DNA of 64,000 nt from Antedon mediterranea (Eukaryota; Animalia; Echinodermata). The translations under genes and the position numbers were made by a program. Positions 51,190-63,010 of this stretch are shown here, piece by piece. Positions within the stretch are counted from its first letter, which is position 1. Each line of letters starts with the position of its first letter. Under the pieces are notes generated by a model that saw only the letters and a list, made by a program, of their open reading frames with translations, searched no databases and was not told the DNA's origin. The stretch is from contig NC_092678.1 of NCBI RefSeq assembly GCF_964355755.1, forward strand, positions 20,043,365-20,107,364, in the 5' to 3' direction.

Positions 51190-51490
51190 CAGGCAAAACT
51201 AAAAAAATATTGATATCTATTTCGTTTAATTTCTTTAATGGTTTATGTATTGATATTCTAATAGAGAAGAAATAGCATGTAAAGTATAGAAACTGCAAAT
51301 AAAAAATATTTCTATTTATTTTCCTTAATTTCTTTAATGGCTTATGTATTGAGATTCTAATAGAAAAGAAATAGCATGTAAAGTATAGAAACTGTGAAAA
51401 CAAAAATATTTCTATTTATTTTCCTTAATAGTTTCTACATTGAGATTGTATAGAGAAAGAAATAGCATTTTAAGTATACGAACTATAGAA
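51190..51490. repeat. About 100-bp tandem repeat x3
   Basis: AAAATATTTCTATTTATTTTCCTTAAT..GAAATAGCATGTAAAGTATAGAAACT recurs. Confidence 0.8.
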
Positions 51491-53071
51491 AAAGCAATGA
51501 CTTAAAATAAAACAAAGTTAAAGATCTTTATTTAAATCTAACTGTTTGTAACAAACTCGTACTATTCTAACTAAAATACTCAAACATTGTACTGTATGCA
51601 ATCTCTCAATGTTTTGTGCATTGGATTGTTGTATATTTACGAGAGTTCCTGCAAGTAATGTAAACATTTTAGCTATGTCACAAAAAAATTCCTAAAAACA
51701 AACCGTTGTACTGTGTACCCGGGACTGTGTATATTACATAACCGTACCAAAGTCGTTCCATTAGGTTCTAACGATCTTCTGTTTTAACTAAAATAAAAAA
51801 GATTACCATAAAAAATCGTTTGACCGTACTGCTGCTGCGTTGCCCTTCTGCTAATGGGAAACCATACGCGCAGAAGAACTGATTTAATTTTAAGCCTCGC
51901 AAGATTCTGGCCTTCTGAATTTCCTGTTTTGTCGTTTCGCGAAATTGAAACTTGGCCTCGTGCCATGGTAAGCACAGAAATAAACTACACAGAAGAATAT
52001 CTTCATAGCTAGCTATCATAATATTATCGATGATATAATATTATTAACACGTATGTAATAAGATTGATAACGATCTTATTAAAGATGTAACAATATTATC
52101 AGAGGTGTTATGATCATTCAATCCAATTATGCAATGGTATACGTATCTTCATGGAGTAATCTTTCAAAATAGTGATTTATCTTATTTAAGTTAGTACTGT
52201 AGTGTGCAATGAATTATGAATGGATTTGAACTGTGTCTTGCGCAAATCGAGGGGTGGTACTATTCGGTTTCGAATCATCACCAGAACTCGTGCTATAGAA
52301 CCCAGGAAGACATATTAAGTATCACCCATGGGTGTCTACTGAATAGGGTTGGCCGTAGTGTTAAAATATATTATCAATAGTTTGTTTCACATGGAATGTC
52401 CCCTAAAAAGGGTGTCCCTGAATAGGGTTTGGCCGTACTGTAGTGTTAAAGCATAATGTTACCCTATAGTTTCACATGGAATGTCCCTTTTTAATAAGGG
52501 TGTTCCTCAATAGGGGTTGATCGATTATTAAAGCTTAATGTTTGCTTAGTTTGTTTCATGGAATGTATAGTTTCCCTCCCCTTAATAAGGGTGTCCTTTT
52601 ACATGTGTGTCCCCTGAATAGTGGTGTTCAAAAGATATTGTTCTACTTTATTTGATCATGGAGGTATAAAAAAGATTTGATAAAGGTAATAACTTGACAT
52701 GAGAAAAGAACTGCAATTTTTAACCGGTCCTGTACTGACATTTGTGAGGAATTATATCACCCTAACTATTTTCTACATGTTTATACCGGGAAAGTGAACT
52801 CTTCCTTGGTTATGCAGTATCAGGCTTAATGCATAATGTCGCTGTGCGTCTTGTAAATAATAAATACGCTCATTATATTCTACTCTACATTATGTATGTA
52901 TATTGTTGCCAATTGATAATCGAACCATCGCGCGTTTATCATTAATCATACGGATGCTAATTATGACTAATAATCACAAACGCCCAAGCAGATCAAATTA
53001 AACCAATTAAAAATGCTCTAATTAATTCAGTAAATGATTATCCCTTTCGATGCAAGCAACAAACCAAAAAC

Positions 53072-53148
53072 GTGCCTATGACATAATGTAGTGCCTATGA
53101 CATAATGTAGTGCCTATGACATAATGTAGTGCCTATGACATAATGTAG
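53072..53148. repeat. 19-bp repeat x4
   Basis: GTGCCTATGACATAATGTA. Confidence 0.9.
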
Positions 53149-53196
53149 CCTGACATGTTTTAGTTTTCTCGATACAGCCCGGAGCGTGGAAATAAT

Positions 53197-53950
53197 ACAG
53201 ATACAGATACAGATACAGATTCATGTATTGTCCAAAATAATAATGGAAATTACAGTGCTCATAAACCTTGGCTTGCCTAAAATAAATATAAATATAACGG
53301 GGACTATCTAACAAATGTTTTGTTATAATGCCTTAACCCAGCTGGGTAGAACGAGTACTTGTAACGGTCCGTCTGCGCATTCACCGTCCTCATCCTACCA
53401 CTTCTAACGATAACGGAGCCGATAATGTCCTTATGAAGAGGATGGTTGGTGTCTTCCAATATAGTATGGAACACATCGGCAAGACGTTCGCTGTAGAAAG
53501 AGTCGAGCGTTTGCACAGACGAACCAATTACTTTCCCCGCTCTACCCAGCACCTTTTCAATTCGGTCTTTATCCCCTTTACTGATATTCCCAGCCCAGCC
53601 CAACATACAATAACCCCAAATAGATAACATCACTGATGAGTAAAACATTTTACAAATATCCAGCTTTACTCCAAACGAACCGAGTTTCCTCAGGCAGTAC
53701 AGCCTTGTATTTAACTTCTTAACTATATGGTCAACATGAATCCCCCATTTAAGCTTACAGTCAAATACTACTCCCAGGTACTTATAATTGTTAACAATCT
53801 CTACTTCTTTTCCTTTAATGTATACCGGGTCCATACTGTCAGACCTATTGTGTTTTCGAAAATCAATCCGCATTTCTTTCGTTTTATTTATGTTTAGTTC
53901 AAGAAAATTATTGCCACAGTAATCGGTGAATCGAATAACCTCATACATTA
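53197..53950 (-). mobile_element. 5'-truncated non-LTR retrotransposon (L2/CR1-group, Rex-Babar/Crack-like) RT C-terminus
   Basis: ORF 53948-53304: LELNINKTKEMRIDFRK..VEIVNNYKYLGV..RLYCLRKLGSF..HPLH..RYKYSFYP; short 3' UTR ending in (ATCTGT)n. Confidence 0.88.
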
Positions 53951-54540
53951 TAGTACTGTACTGTATACAACACTATACAATTGAACTGTTTGTTTAGGAT
54001 GAACTTTTCAGTAAGGCCTACATTAATTAAGCCTTTTAACCATTGACTATGGTCCATGTTTCAACAATGCACTTACCCAAGAGAGTCCAATGACTATAGG
54101 TACACTGTGCTACAGACAGTGTGCCGTGTGTTACAAGTACAGCATTTAGACAGACAGCAACGTGTATGACTTGCTATAGTTTTACAGATAACACCTAGGG
54201 ACAGTAGCAGAATCGGGTAATAGGTTCATGTTTCAACAATGTATCCATCTGTCCAACAAAGCCGTATACTTTTCAGCAACATTAAACTAAATACTAAACT
54301 AAATATAGTAAAATGTGAAATTAATGAGGACTCGCAGGTGTCCTCGAGTGTCTTCTCAATAGAGGTTGACTGTAGTATTAAAAGATGTATTTATTTTTAT
54401 TTAACCTTGTTTATGAAGGTGGCCCTAACCAGCATTATGCTGCTAATGATGTTGGTGGTCTATCGTTTGTTCCACGGTAAGGTTCTTCTATATGTGTGTC
54501 CCTTGAATAGAGGTGACGCGTCCCAGCGGAGAGGTTTTAC

Positions 54541-54572
54541 CATAGAGATATATAATAGTAATACCTCTAATG
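54541..54572. mobile_element. 32-bp CATAGA insert with 7-bp TSD (1 mismatch)
   Basis: gttttac[CATAGAGATATATAATAGTAATACCTCTAATG]gttctac. Confidence 0.65.
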
Positions 54573-55083
54573 GTTCTACTATACCAAGTATAATAAATAA
54601 TATTATAATAAAATTATAATATAATATTAATCACCATCCTACAATGTATCTACTTTCTTGTAAGTAATTAAATTTCCGCCCGCGTCACATCCATAACAGA
54701 TTGTGACCTAGGCCTACTGTGTTGCTGTTATTGATTGAAGATTATTGAAGAGTAACGACCTCCGGTAACAATAGGCCTAATCAATGTAATGAGACAGATT
54801 GTTCTAACGACGACATTTCTGATGCTAATAAATATAGGCCTATTGAATTTAGAAAATATAAAACAAAAAAACTGTTTTTATATAGCTTGAATTCTAACAC
54901 ATGATTAGGCCTATTTAATGTCATACTTAGAATTTAGAATTACCACATAAGTGTCCCTTGAAGGGTCCCCACTCAATAATGTATGGTCATAGTTTCATTG
55001 GGAATGGAGTGTCTCTTTTCAGAAGTGTTCATTCGATGTTTGTTCGTAGTTTTACGAGAAGTGTCTGCTTAAAGTTTGGTTCA

Positions 55084-55578
55084 AAGCTTGGTTCCCACTA
55101 GAACGTAACGCAAGGACGTAAACGCAACGCAAGCGTTTTAACCAATGACAAGCGAAGTTATAGACAGTTAGCAATCACAAGCGAATAAGCCATCGCTTGT
55201 GATTGGTCAATTCACTTGCGTTGCGTTACGTCCTTGTGGTTGCGTCGCTAGTGGGAACCACGCTTTAAGCGACCAATCACAAGCGATGGCTTATTCGCTT
55301 GTGATTGCGACCAATCACAAGCGATGGCTTTTCGCTTGTGATTGCTAACTGTCTATAACTTACCTTATCATTGGTTAAAACGCTTGCGTTGCGTTTACGT
55401 CCTTGCATTACGTTCTAGTGGGAACCAAGCTTTAGGACGCAATGTAGGGACGTAACGCAACGCAAAGTGATTTGACCAATCTCAAGCGATGGATTTTTTG
55501 AACAGTCATGTGTGATTGGTCAACTCGTTTGCGTTGCGTCTACGCCCTTGCGTTACGTCCTAGTGGGAATCAAGCTTA
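55084..55578. mobile_element. Cluster of three Harbinger-like MITE C copies forming a long inverted repeat
   Basis: TIR AAGCTTGGTTCCCACTAG at 55085; reverse-complement ends at about 55266, 55432 and 55577. Confidence 0.75.
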
Positions 55579-56460
55579 ACAGGCGTATCCATAGGTGTGA
55601 ATCAAAGAATGGTTCACATTACTGTATTAAATGAGTTTAACCCACGAAATTGTCAAAACGGAAAAAAGTCATTTTGTTCCTTTTATGGCATTAATAATTC
55701 AATTATCTATTCTTACTATTATATGTACCAATTACTGTTTTAAACTTTTATGTGGGCCCCATCGAAAACGAAAATTATAAATAATTTATTGTAATGACTG
55801 ACTGGACGGATGTATCAGTCCTTGTTTATTAATACTATGCTAATCATATGCTAATCATATGCTAATCATATGCTAATCATATGCTTAATTTGTTTATCAC
55901 AGTTTAAAATAGATTATGTGAGCTTAGTCCTCCCTCTCATTTGTTTGTATATTTCATCTTTTATTGTTTGAAATGAGTGTGTAGTCTAGAAATAATATTG
56001 TCATTTTTCCACTGTATTTCATTTTTTTTTCTTAAGCTGCAGTAATACTTTGTCAGACACTGTTTAAGCTTGTTCATTCATTCATGTACATTTTGTTTTC
56101 TATACTTTGGAAATTCCGGATTGAAGCTCAAAAAAAGGGGTGGAGTGGTGATGAGACTCCGTATCTACTATGCACACGGTAGGCCTATATCAATATCAAT
56201 GCGCAGTCCTTACATGAGTGCTTCAGTAGGCCTAAGTAATTTTACAGTCCTTCAAAATGTGGCTATGAAAATACAACCATACCTAGATATATGCTAAGTT
56301 TGGATCGGCTTAAAGGCAACAACTCAAAATGGCCTAGGCCTGTGTGCAGTATAGTCAGCATCAATTGAAATATCTCCTCCTCTGTGTACAAACAATTATC
56401 ACATTCACTTTAGATCACAGAGAACAACCATGCATATAAATACATTCCATTAGGTTGGAT

Positions 56461-56485
56461 CATAGAGATATTAATAATGTCTATG
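56461..56485. mobile_element. 25-bp CATAGA..TCTATG insert with 7-bp TSD
   Basis: gttggat[CATAGAGATATTAATAATGTCTATG]gttggat. Confidence 0.75.
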
Positions 56486-58569
56486 GTTGGATCGGTCGAC
56501 CTAAGCTAAAACAAAGTTAAGACCTAAGTATCATGAAACTGAAGTCTATATTAAGGGTGATAGTCAGGTCTAATTTTAAGCAATATCATTAAAATATCTA
56601 TATCAACATCCGCAAGGGATACAGGCCTAGACAAATTAATAATCTAAGTAAGTCCTCGGTCTCCACTCAGATGTATATCAAAATTAATCGAAAGTTACCC
56701 AAGAGCCGTACTTATTTATACCATCGCGAAATTATTGAAAATATTGACCTTGCAGAGTTCTGTAATATCAACTTGATCAAAACCGTGTCAAAATTAATTA
56801 ACCGTGTATTAAGCAAGAAGCATCAGTAATTGATAAACACTGGTTTGATTTTTGTTGAATCACTTCTTAATTTGCTTAGTAAGAACAGTGTGAAGAACAA
56901 TTTTATTTAATCAAGGCTTTTGTGGTTCCAATGTGGGCTAGCAACTGAGCCATGGCGATATAAAATAAGCTAGAACTTCTAGTACTATAACCACAACAGG
57001 AAAACAGTGTTAGGCCTATTATACCATGTAACAAACAACTAACATGGAGTTCGTTGATCATGTATATATAATAGTGTGCTGTATAGTCTTATACTGTATA
57101 TACTGTATTTATTATGAATCCAAAGGCAAATTACTGAAAAAATGTCAATGCTGTGGGTGTCAGTGGCTGGATCTCAATGGAGATACACAAAAAAAGGCGA
57201 AAAGCTAAATCAAAACGATAAGTAAAACAGCCAGAAAAGTTAGCAGAGCTTTCGGGCAACACTAGCTCTTCATTAGTGTATTTATTATAACTAGACATGA
57301 AACTCGTCACTTTGACGAATTAATTATCCGCACCATGACAAACGCCACGTGCACGTCATACGTTGGAATATTGCACACAGATAAAGATTATGGCATTATG
57401 AAAAGAACTGAAGAATATGATATGCTGTTAGTGCTGAATTCTGTCAATTTTGTGTCATATATAGTATATACATGCAAACAGTATAATCTGTATACATATT
57501 ACAGTGTAGAATAGGTGAAATTACGGGACCAGCCATTTATTCCATTTTTTAACATGGCGACGGTATCAAAATGAAACACTTAGATAGCAATTTCAGAAGG
57601 AAATTATCTCAGGAACAACATATTAACGTGTAGAAGAAATAGTATATATGTTCCATAATAACAATGTTACATCGTGTATAAAACAACTAAAATTTAGTAC
57701 GTTGATCATTACAGTAGTATACTATAGTCGTATATACTGTATAATTATTATAATATAATAATACTTATATATAATATTTTATTTTCCATAATGGTATAGT
57801 TTCCATAGAGATTTCATGGTTTCCTTTGTTCATGTCAATACGTATAGTAGTAGTACATTTAACCTGATGACTCGTTGGAGGGAATATCCATTGAAGTGTT
57901 TGTTTTAAAAAACGGTTTGCTGATAATATTGATAAAATATCTGGTATCCATGGCTTGTGTAAATAAATGCATGTTTCATGATTCCAAGTGTTATTTCACA
58001 AACAAAGTAAACCCCCCGTTTTAATAGGCCTACTTGTATCTGTAATGAAGTAACCAAAATAATGTATTGCATAATTGTATTTAAAAAAAACATGAAAAAT
58101 TAAGATTAATTAAATCAGACTTTAATTTAAATAGGTTATTTTGTAGTTTTAATAAAGTTAATCACTTCCGTAGAAGAAAAACACCAAAAAATAATGTTTT
58201 TACTTATAAAATAACATAATAAATTGTTAAACTCAACTAAAAATCCATTGGCTGGCAGCCAATTTGACAATTTTTTGCTTTAAATTACAGTTTTTTCAGA
58301 AAAATATAGTTGATAATTATTATGTGACATTACAATGGCATATTCAACAAAAATGTAAAAATGATTTTTCAGACGATACATCTTTAATTAACAAATCCCT
58401 GGAATATGGTACATTTTATATCTCACGTAGGCAGGTCTACAAGACGTACATTGAATGTATAGGAATTCATTCAAATCCTGATCCAAATTCTATTTCCTGC
58501 GTTCATTATTTTGATTTTAAAAATGCTGGTAGGCAGCTGTTGCTCCACGAAGGGATAGTTTTCCTCCAT

Positions 58570-58815
58570 GTTTTTTTTTTTTTTTAAACCATATTTAATG
58601 AGGGTGATCCATCCAGCTAATGCTGATCATTAGGGACCCTCAGAGGTTCACAAGACAAATATATACACAAGATGCTCTACATAAACAAAGTTTTTACAAG
58701 TCTTTGGGAGTGGAGTTGTAATTTGGTCCTTAGAAAAAATCCTGACATGTGACGGGACTTGAACCCAGGACCCTTGGAATGGTAGCCAAGCATCATAACC
58801 ACCAAGCCTCAACTA
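58570..58815 (-). mobile_element. tRNA-derived SINE with A tail
   Basis: GGCTTGGTGGTTA..GGGTTCAAGTCCC head and oligo-A tail. Its 3' part recurs at 51075-51118, its middle at 16693-16737, and a related head lies at 13990-14085. Confidence 0.75.
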
Positions 58816-60143
58816 GGCGAAGATTTCCCAAGTTGTATGAATCACCAGAAGAAATTGAAGATGAGCTTTATGTTTTACCAGAAAAGAAAAACATTCCCTT
58901 ATTTTACTGATTTGATTTCCAAAAAGAGAAACACTTCAAAACTTTTAGTTGCTTCAACGAATGTTCACATGTCATACTGCTCCAGTATAGTTTGATTGGT
59001 TTCATTCGTGTATATTCATAGATCTATTAGTATTATTACTGTATATTTGGAAAAGTACCAACTATTTGAAAATGCTGGTACAGAACTAGGAACTGTATAT
59101 TGTCTTTTAAAATACTGTAGTACACTGTATAAAATGTGTACATACTATTTCTCACTTTCCAAATACAGTGCTGTAATAAGACTCACTTGTGTCCGACGAC
59201 CGGAAATTGGTAAAATATTGACTTAAAATCAATTTGGATGTTGAGAAATAATACAATGATTGAATTGAATTCAATAATATTATTGATTTGTGAGTGTCAA
59301 TGACGTATTTGTGCCAAATAGCACAATAATATGTTGCTATACTGTACTGTGCTTCTGGCATTGGTGGGAAGATTAAAATTAAAAATAACAGTTTTTCGTA
59401 TCATTTTGGAACAATATTGAACAGTGTATACTGTTTTTTTTTTGCATTTTATACAAAGTACAATACAACACTTTTTCTTGGCTTAAAACGTTTTAATATA
59501 CTGTACTATAAGAAGCCTCTGCCTACAGTATCTTCAAGTGCTATCGTATGACTATTATTAAGTGAATTTTTTAATTTAAATTTCTCCAACAAATTACCGA
59601 ATCATGCCATGTTATAATTATTTGTTTTAAATGAAAATATTAACAATATCCTTACATATTTTGTCCGTGCACAAATATTTTAATGATGTAACCTGTTAAA
59701 AAGAATCATAATTTTAATCATTGCATTTAATTGTTTAAATTATTCAAGCATCTGTGTTTTTAATTATATTATATACAGAATTAATAATTCAATTTTTTTA
59801 TAGAAAGAATTATATTTATTGCATTTATTTTTAATGTATTCACTATTGAATTTTTTGCTATAATGTGTTTGTGTTTTTAGGTCGAATGTTCTGCTGAAAC
59901 GTATTGAAACAAACTATGTATAATGACGATATCTGACTCATAATGAATGTGAATTATTCAACGAAACAATAAGTTCTAAGTGTAATAACCTACCTTGCAA
60001 ATCGAACGAATTTCTATTACAACAGTAGCTCTCCGTGTGGTGTTAATAGGTGGAGATCTTTCAACGGAATAGAACAATGCGTTCTTTACACTTTCTGTCT
60101 TTTGTTGTTTAGAAATAATTGTTAAGGAAAGCATTATTTCCCG

Positions 60144-60495
60144 CCGTAACATAATAGATGATTCACCTTTACTTAATTTTTACGCTGTTTTCTTTCTTAT
60201 TAAATAAAAGCCATCTTCGTAGCCCACGCATAATCTTTAGCATTAAACTGCACTAAAAATTGCAACTGCAGTTTTTCATAAATAAATTTCTTTGATAAAA
60301 GTTAGCTGTAGTACAAAATAGCCGTAACATAATACATGATTCACCTTTACTTAATTGTTATGCTGGTTTCTTTCTTATTAAATAAAAGCCATCTTCGGAG
60401 CCCACGCATAATGTTTAGCATTAAAGCAGCACTAACATTGCAACAGCAGTTGTTCATATATAAATCGCCTTGCTAAACTCTATAGTACAAAACAG
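60144..60495. repeat. About 178-bp tandem duplication
   Basis: CCGTAACATAATA.ATGATTCACCTTTACTTAATT at 60144 and 60322. Confidence 0.9.
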
Positions 60496-62042
60496 CAATA
60501 TCATACCTGTATAATATCCAGCTGGTAGTTTTGAGTTGTGGTTTCAATGCGCATTTAAGGGGAAGACGTTCAATATTACTGTGTATTAATGTAAACATGT
60601 ACATTTCAACATCTAAACCATAAGAAAAACTGTAGCATCAACGTTGTAGTATCCATTTTGGTAGTTACTGTATTGCCATGATAATTAGAAAGAGAAACTT
60701 TACACATCAGCATTATTAATGACCTCTGACCCTTCTATCAAACCGTATAAGTAGAAAATATGTTTTTGTGTATAAAAATAATAATACAAATGAAACTATG
60801 AAATTAAATTCATTTTCTTTTATTTCTCGTCTGCAAATCTTATTTTGCATTTTTTGCTTTTATGTTTTATTCTGAAACTTATATCTGTACATATCTTCAA
60901 AGTACAAAACTTGTGGGTAACAGTCCCAATTGCACAAGTCCAAAAACAACTTCACTGTACAGTTTTGTAATATACAGATCTTTTATCTACAAATTGTTTA
61001 GTCAGTTAGCTAAAAGTATAACTAAGAATGACAGAAATGAATTCAAATATTAATTGTATATCTAAGGCATTCTCATAGTGGCTCATTAGCACCTGAACGA
61101 ATATCAGGAATGTGAAGATAATACATTACAAAGAAAAGAAAAAAACTGATTCCAAATCAGAATTAAAATATCTTTGTTTAAAAGAGAAAATGCTAAATTA
61201 CTATAATAATTATGCTAGATTTGAAAGCACACGCTATATAAAATAAACTACAGAAATTACGCGGGAAAAAACTAGATATCATTACAACACAATGTGTGTA
61301 AATTTGGTCTGTGATTTAGGAGTCATCTTTCGATATCCTAATGAAATAAGTATTACGTAATGTTAAACCACACCTATTTTCAACAAAGGAATAATTATAT
61401 GAATGTACACAGTACTGTATTAAGACATTGAAGTAGAGAAGAGTAATGAAACATCCCGGGAATTTGATCGCATCCAATTAACATTTGTTTTCGTTAATGA
61501 TTTATCATTTAGACGAACCCCATATGTTCGTAAACACTTCAGTTGCAATGAGCACTGCTGTTGTAGATTGAATTATGATTTATCAAAAATGCTGTTGTCA
61601 GCAAATCTTTAAAAAAGGTTATTGAATAATACTGTGACATGGAAATGCATCGGAACCAACATTTATACAATTGTGTACGTATACGAGTTTGAATTACTCA
61701 GAATATGGCTGAAAATTTCAGTAAGAATAAAATAAATATTTAATATTAAAATTCAATATAGCAAGTACTGATGTTTTTAACATGACGTACTATTTACCGA
61801 TAAAATAGAAATTATTATTAATTTAATTATCAAAATAAAAAGTATACCTTTCTTCTCATTAAAATTTGGTTAAAAAATCATCAGATAAAATATGTTTGAC
61901 AATGTATTTCCAACAAGATAAACGGAACAAATATGAATAAAAACAAAGATTTCAGTTCATGTTAAAGTTCGATGGATGATGAACGATGTTAGAGTCTGCC
62001 TTTGGTTTGGTCAAGCCGAGAAGAAGTACTGTAATGGTCACA

Positions 62043-62549
62043 CTACTTGACTTCAATCGGTCCGTTAAAATTACAATTGACTTGTTTTGGACGCATTTGT
62101 GTTTTGCAGTCTCTCAAGATGTATTGTTGTTGGTTGTCAATTTCTAACGTTGGGCTACTACATGTTGAGGATGATCTAGATTCAGTTGATGATGTTTCAC
62201 TATCGTAAAAGGTACAAATCGAACCATCTTCACCAATGCGATAAGCTACTTCGAAGGGATCAACCCATATGGTTAATTCGCTAGGGAGAAGCTTCTGGAT
62301 ACGACTGCGTGGGATACCAGCAGCAATGGCTGACTGGAGAATTAACGGGTCCATATTGAGAATGTTGATCCGCATACACCTAAATCCACTTCCTCTGACT
62401 GGTCGTTCGGGAAACCAGTGTTTCTCGTACTTTTCGTTCAATCTTGAATCAAGTTCTGTACAGAAATCTTCCAAAACATTTTCCGGTACCCGTCGAGTAC
62501 GGAGTAAATTAGAAAGGAACGTCACGGCGCTTGTAATTTCTTCAATCAT
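62043..62549 (-). CDS. BTG1: BTG/Tob family antiproliferative protein, BTG1/BTG2-like, 168 aa, CDS uninterrupted
   Basis: Box A YEKHWFPERPVRGSGFRCMRI, box B LPSELTIWVDPFEVAYRIGE, box C-like DGSICTFYD. BTG1 vs BTG2 is not distinguishable here. Confidence 0.95.
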   Translation of the reverse strand: MIEEITSAVTFLSNLLRTRRVPENVLEDFCTELDSRLNEKYEKHWFPERPVRGSGFRCMRINILNMDPLILQSAIAAGIPRSRIQKLLPSELTIWVDPFEVAYRIGEDGSICTFYDSETSSTESRSSSTCSSPTLEIDNQQQYILRDCKTQMRPKQVNCNFNGPIEVK

Positions 62550-62859
62550 TTTAAAATAGTAATTCTAAATTCTTCTTTAAATAGTTTTACTGCTACTGAA
62601 AAGTAGATAGTAAAGTTCCAAAAATGGAATCTTATTCAGCTCTTTGTTTTTGTCAAAAAAAACAAGATGTCTTCCGATGTTTTTACAATCACTTTACAAA
62701 ACGTTCTGAAATTTAACTTTCCACAGCATCAAAATACTCAAAAAAGATTTTCGTGGGATATAATGACTAATCTCAACTGATTTCGAGTAATAAAATGCCG
62801 AATAATGTATGGAAGACGGTAAAAAAATTAAAAACTGTGAGGTTTTTACCGTCACGAAC

Positions 62860-63010
62860 TTGCCTTCATCGTTACTTTCTGCATCTGGACGCTGAGTCAG
62901 GGCATACGCTTGTTTTATTTCTCATTGTCCTCTTCGGCTTGTGTGGGCTACGTCATAAGCAGGCTATAATCCAACCAATCAGTGAATAGCAATTAGTGAC
63001 GTTACAAGGC
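62860..63010 (-). promoter_or_regulatory. Putative BTG proximal promoter
   Basis: AP-1 TGAGTCA at 62893-62899, CRE-like TACGTCA at about 62949 and TGACGTTA at about 62997, CCAAT at about 62975; 350-450 bp upstream of the ATG. Confidence 0.5.

Noticed and set aside
57799-57823. CATAGAGATTTCATG as another footprint
   Set aside because: Only 5 bp (GTTTC) are duplicated; suggestive but below the 7-bp criterion.
62269-62559. 96-aa plus-strand ORF
   Set aside because: Antisense shadow of the BTG CDS.
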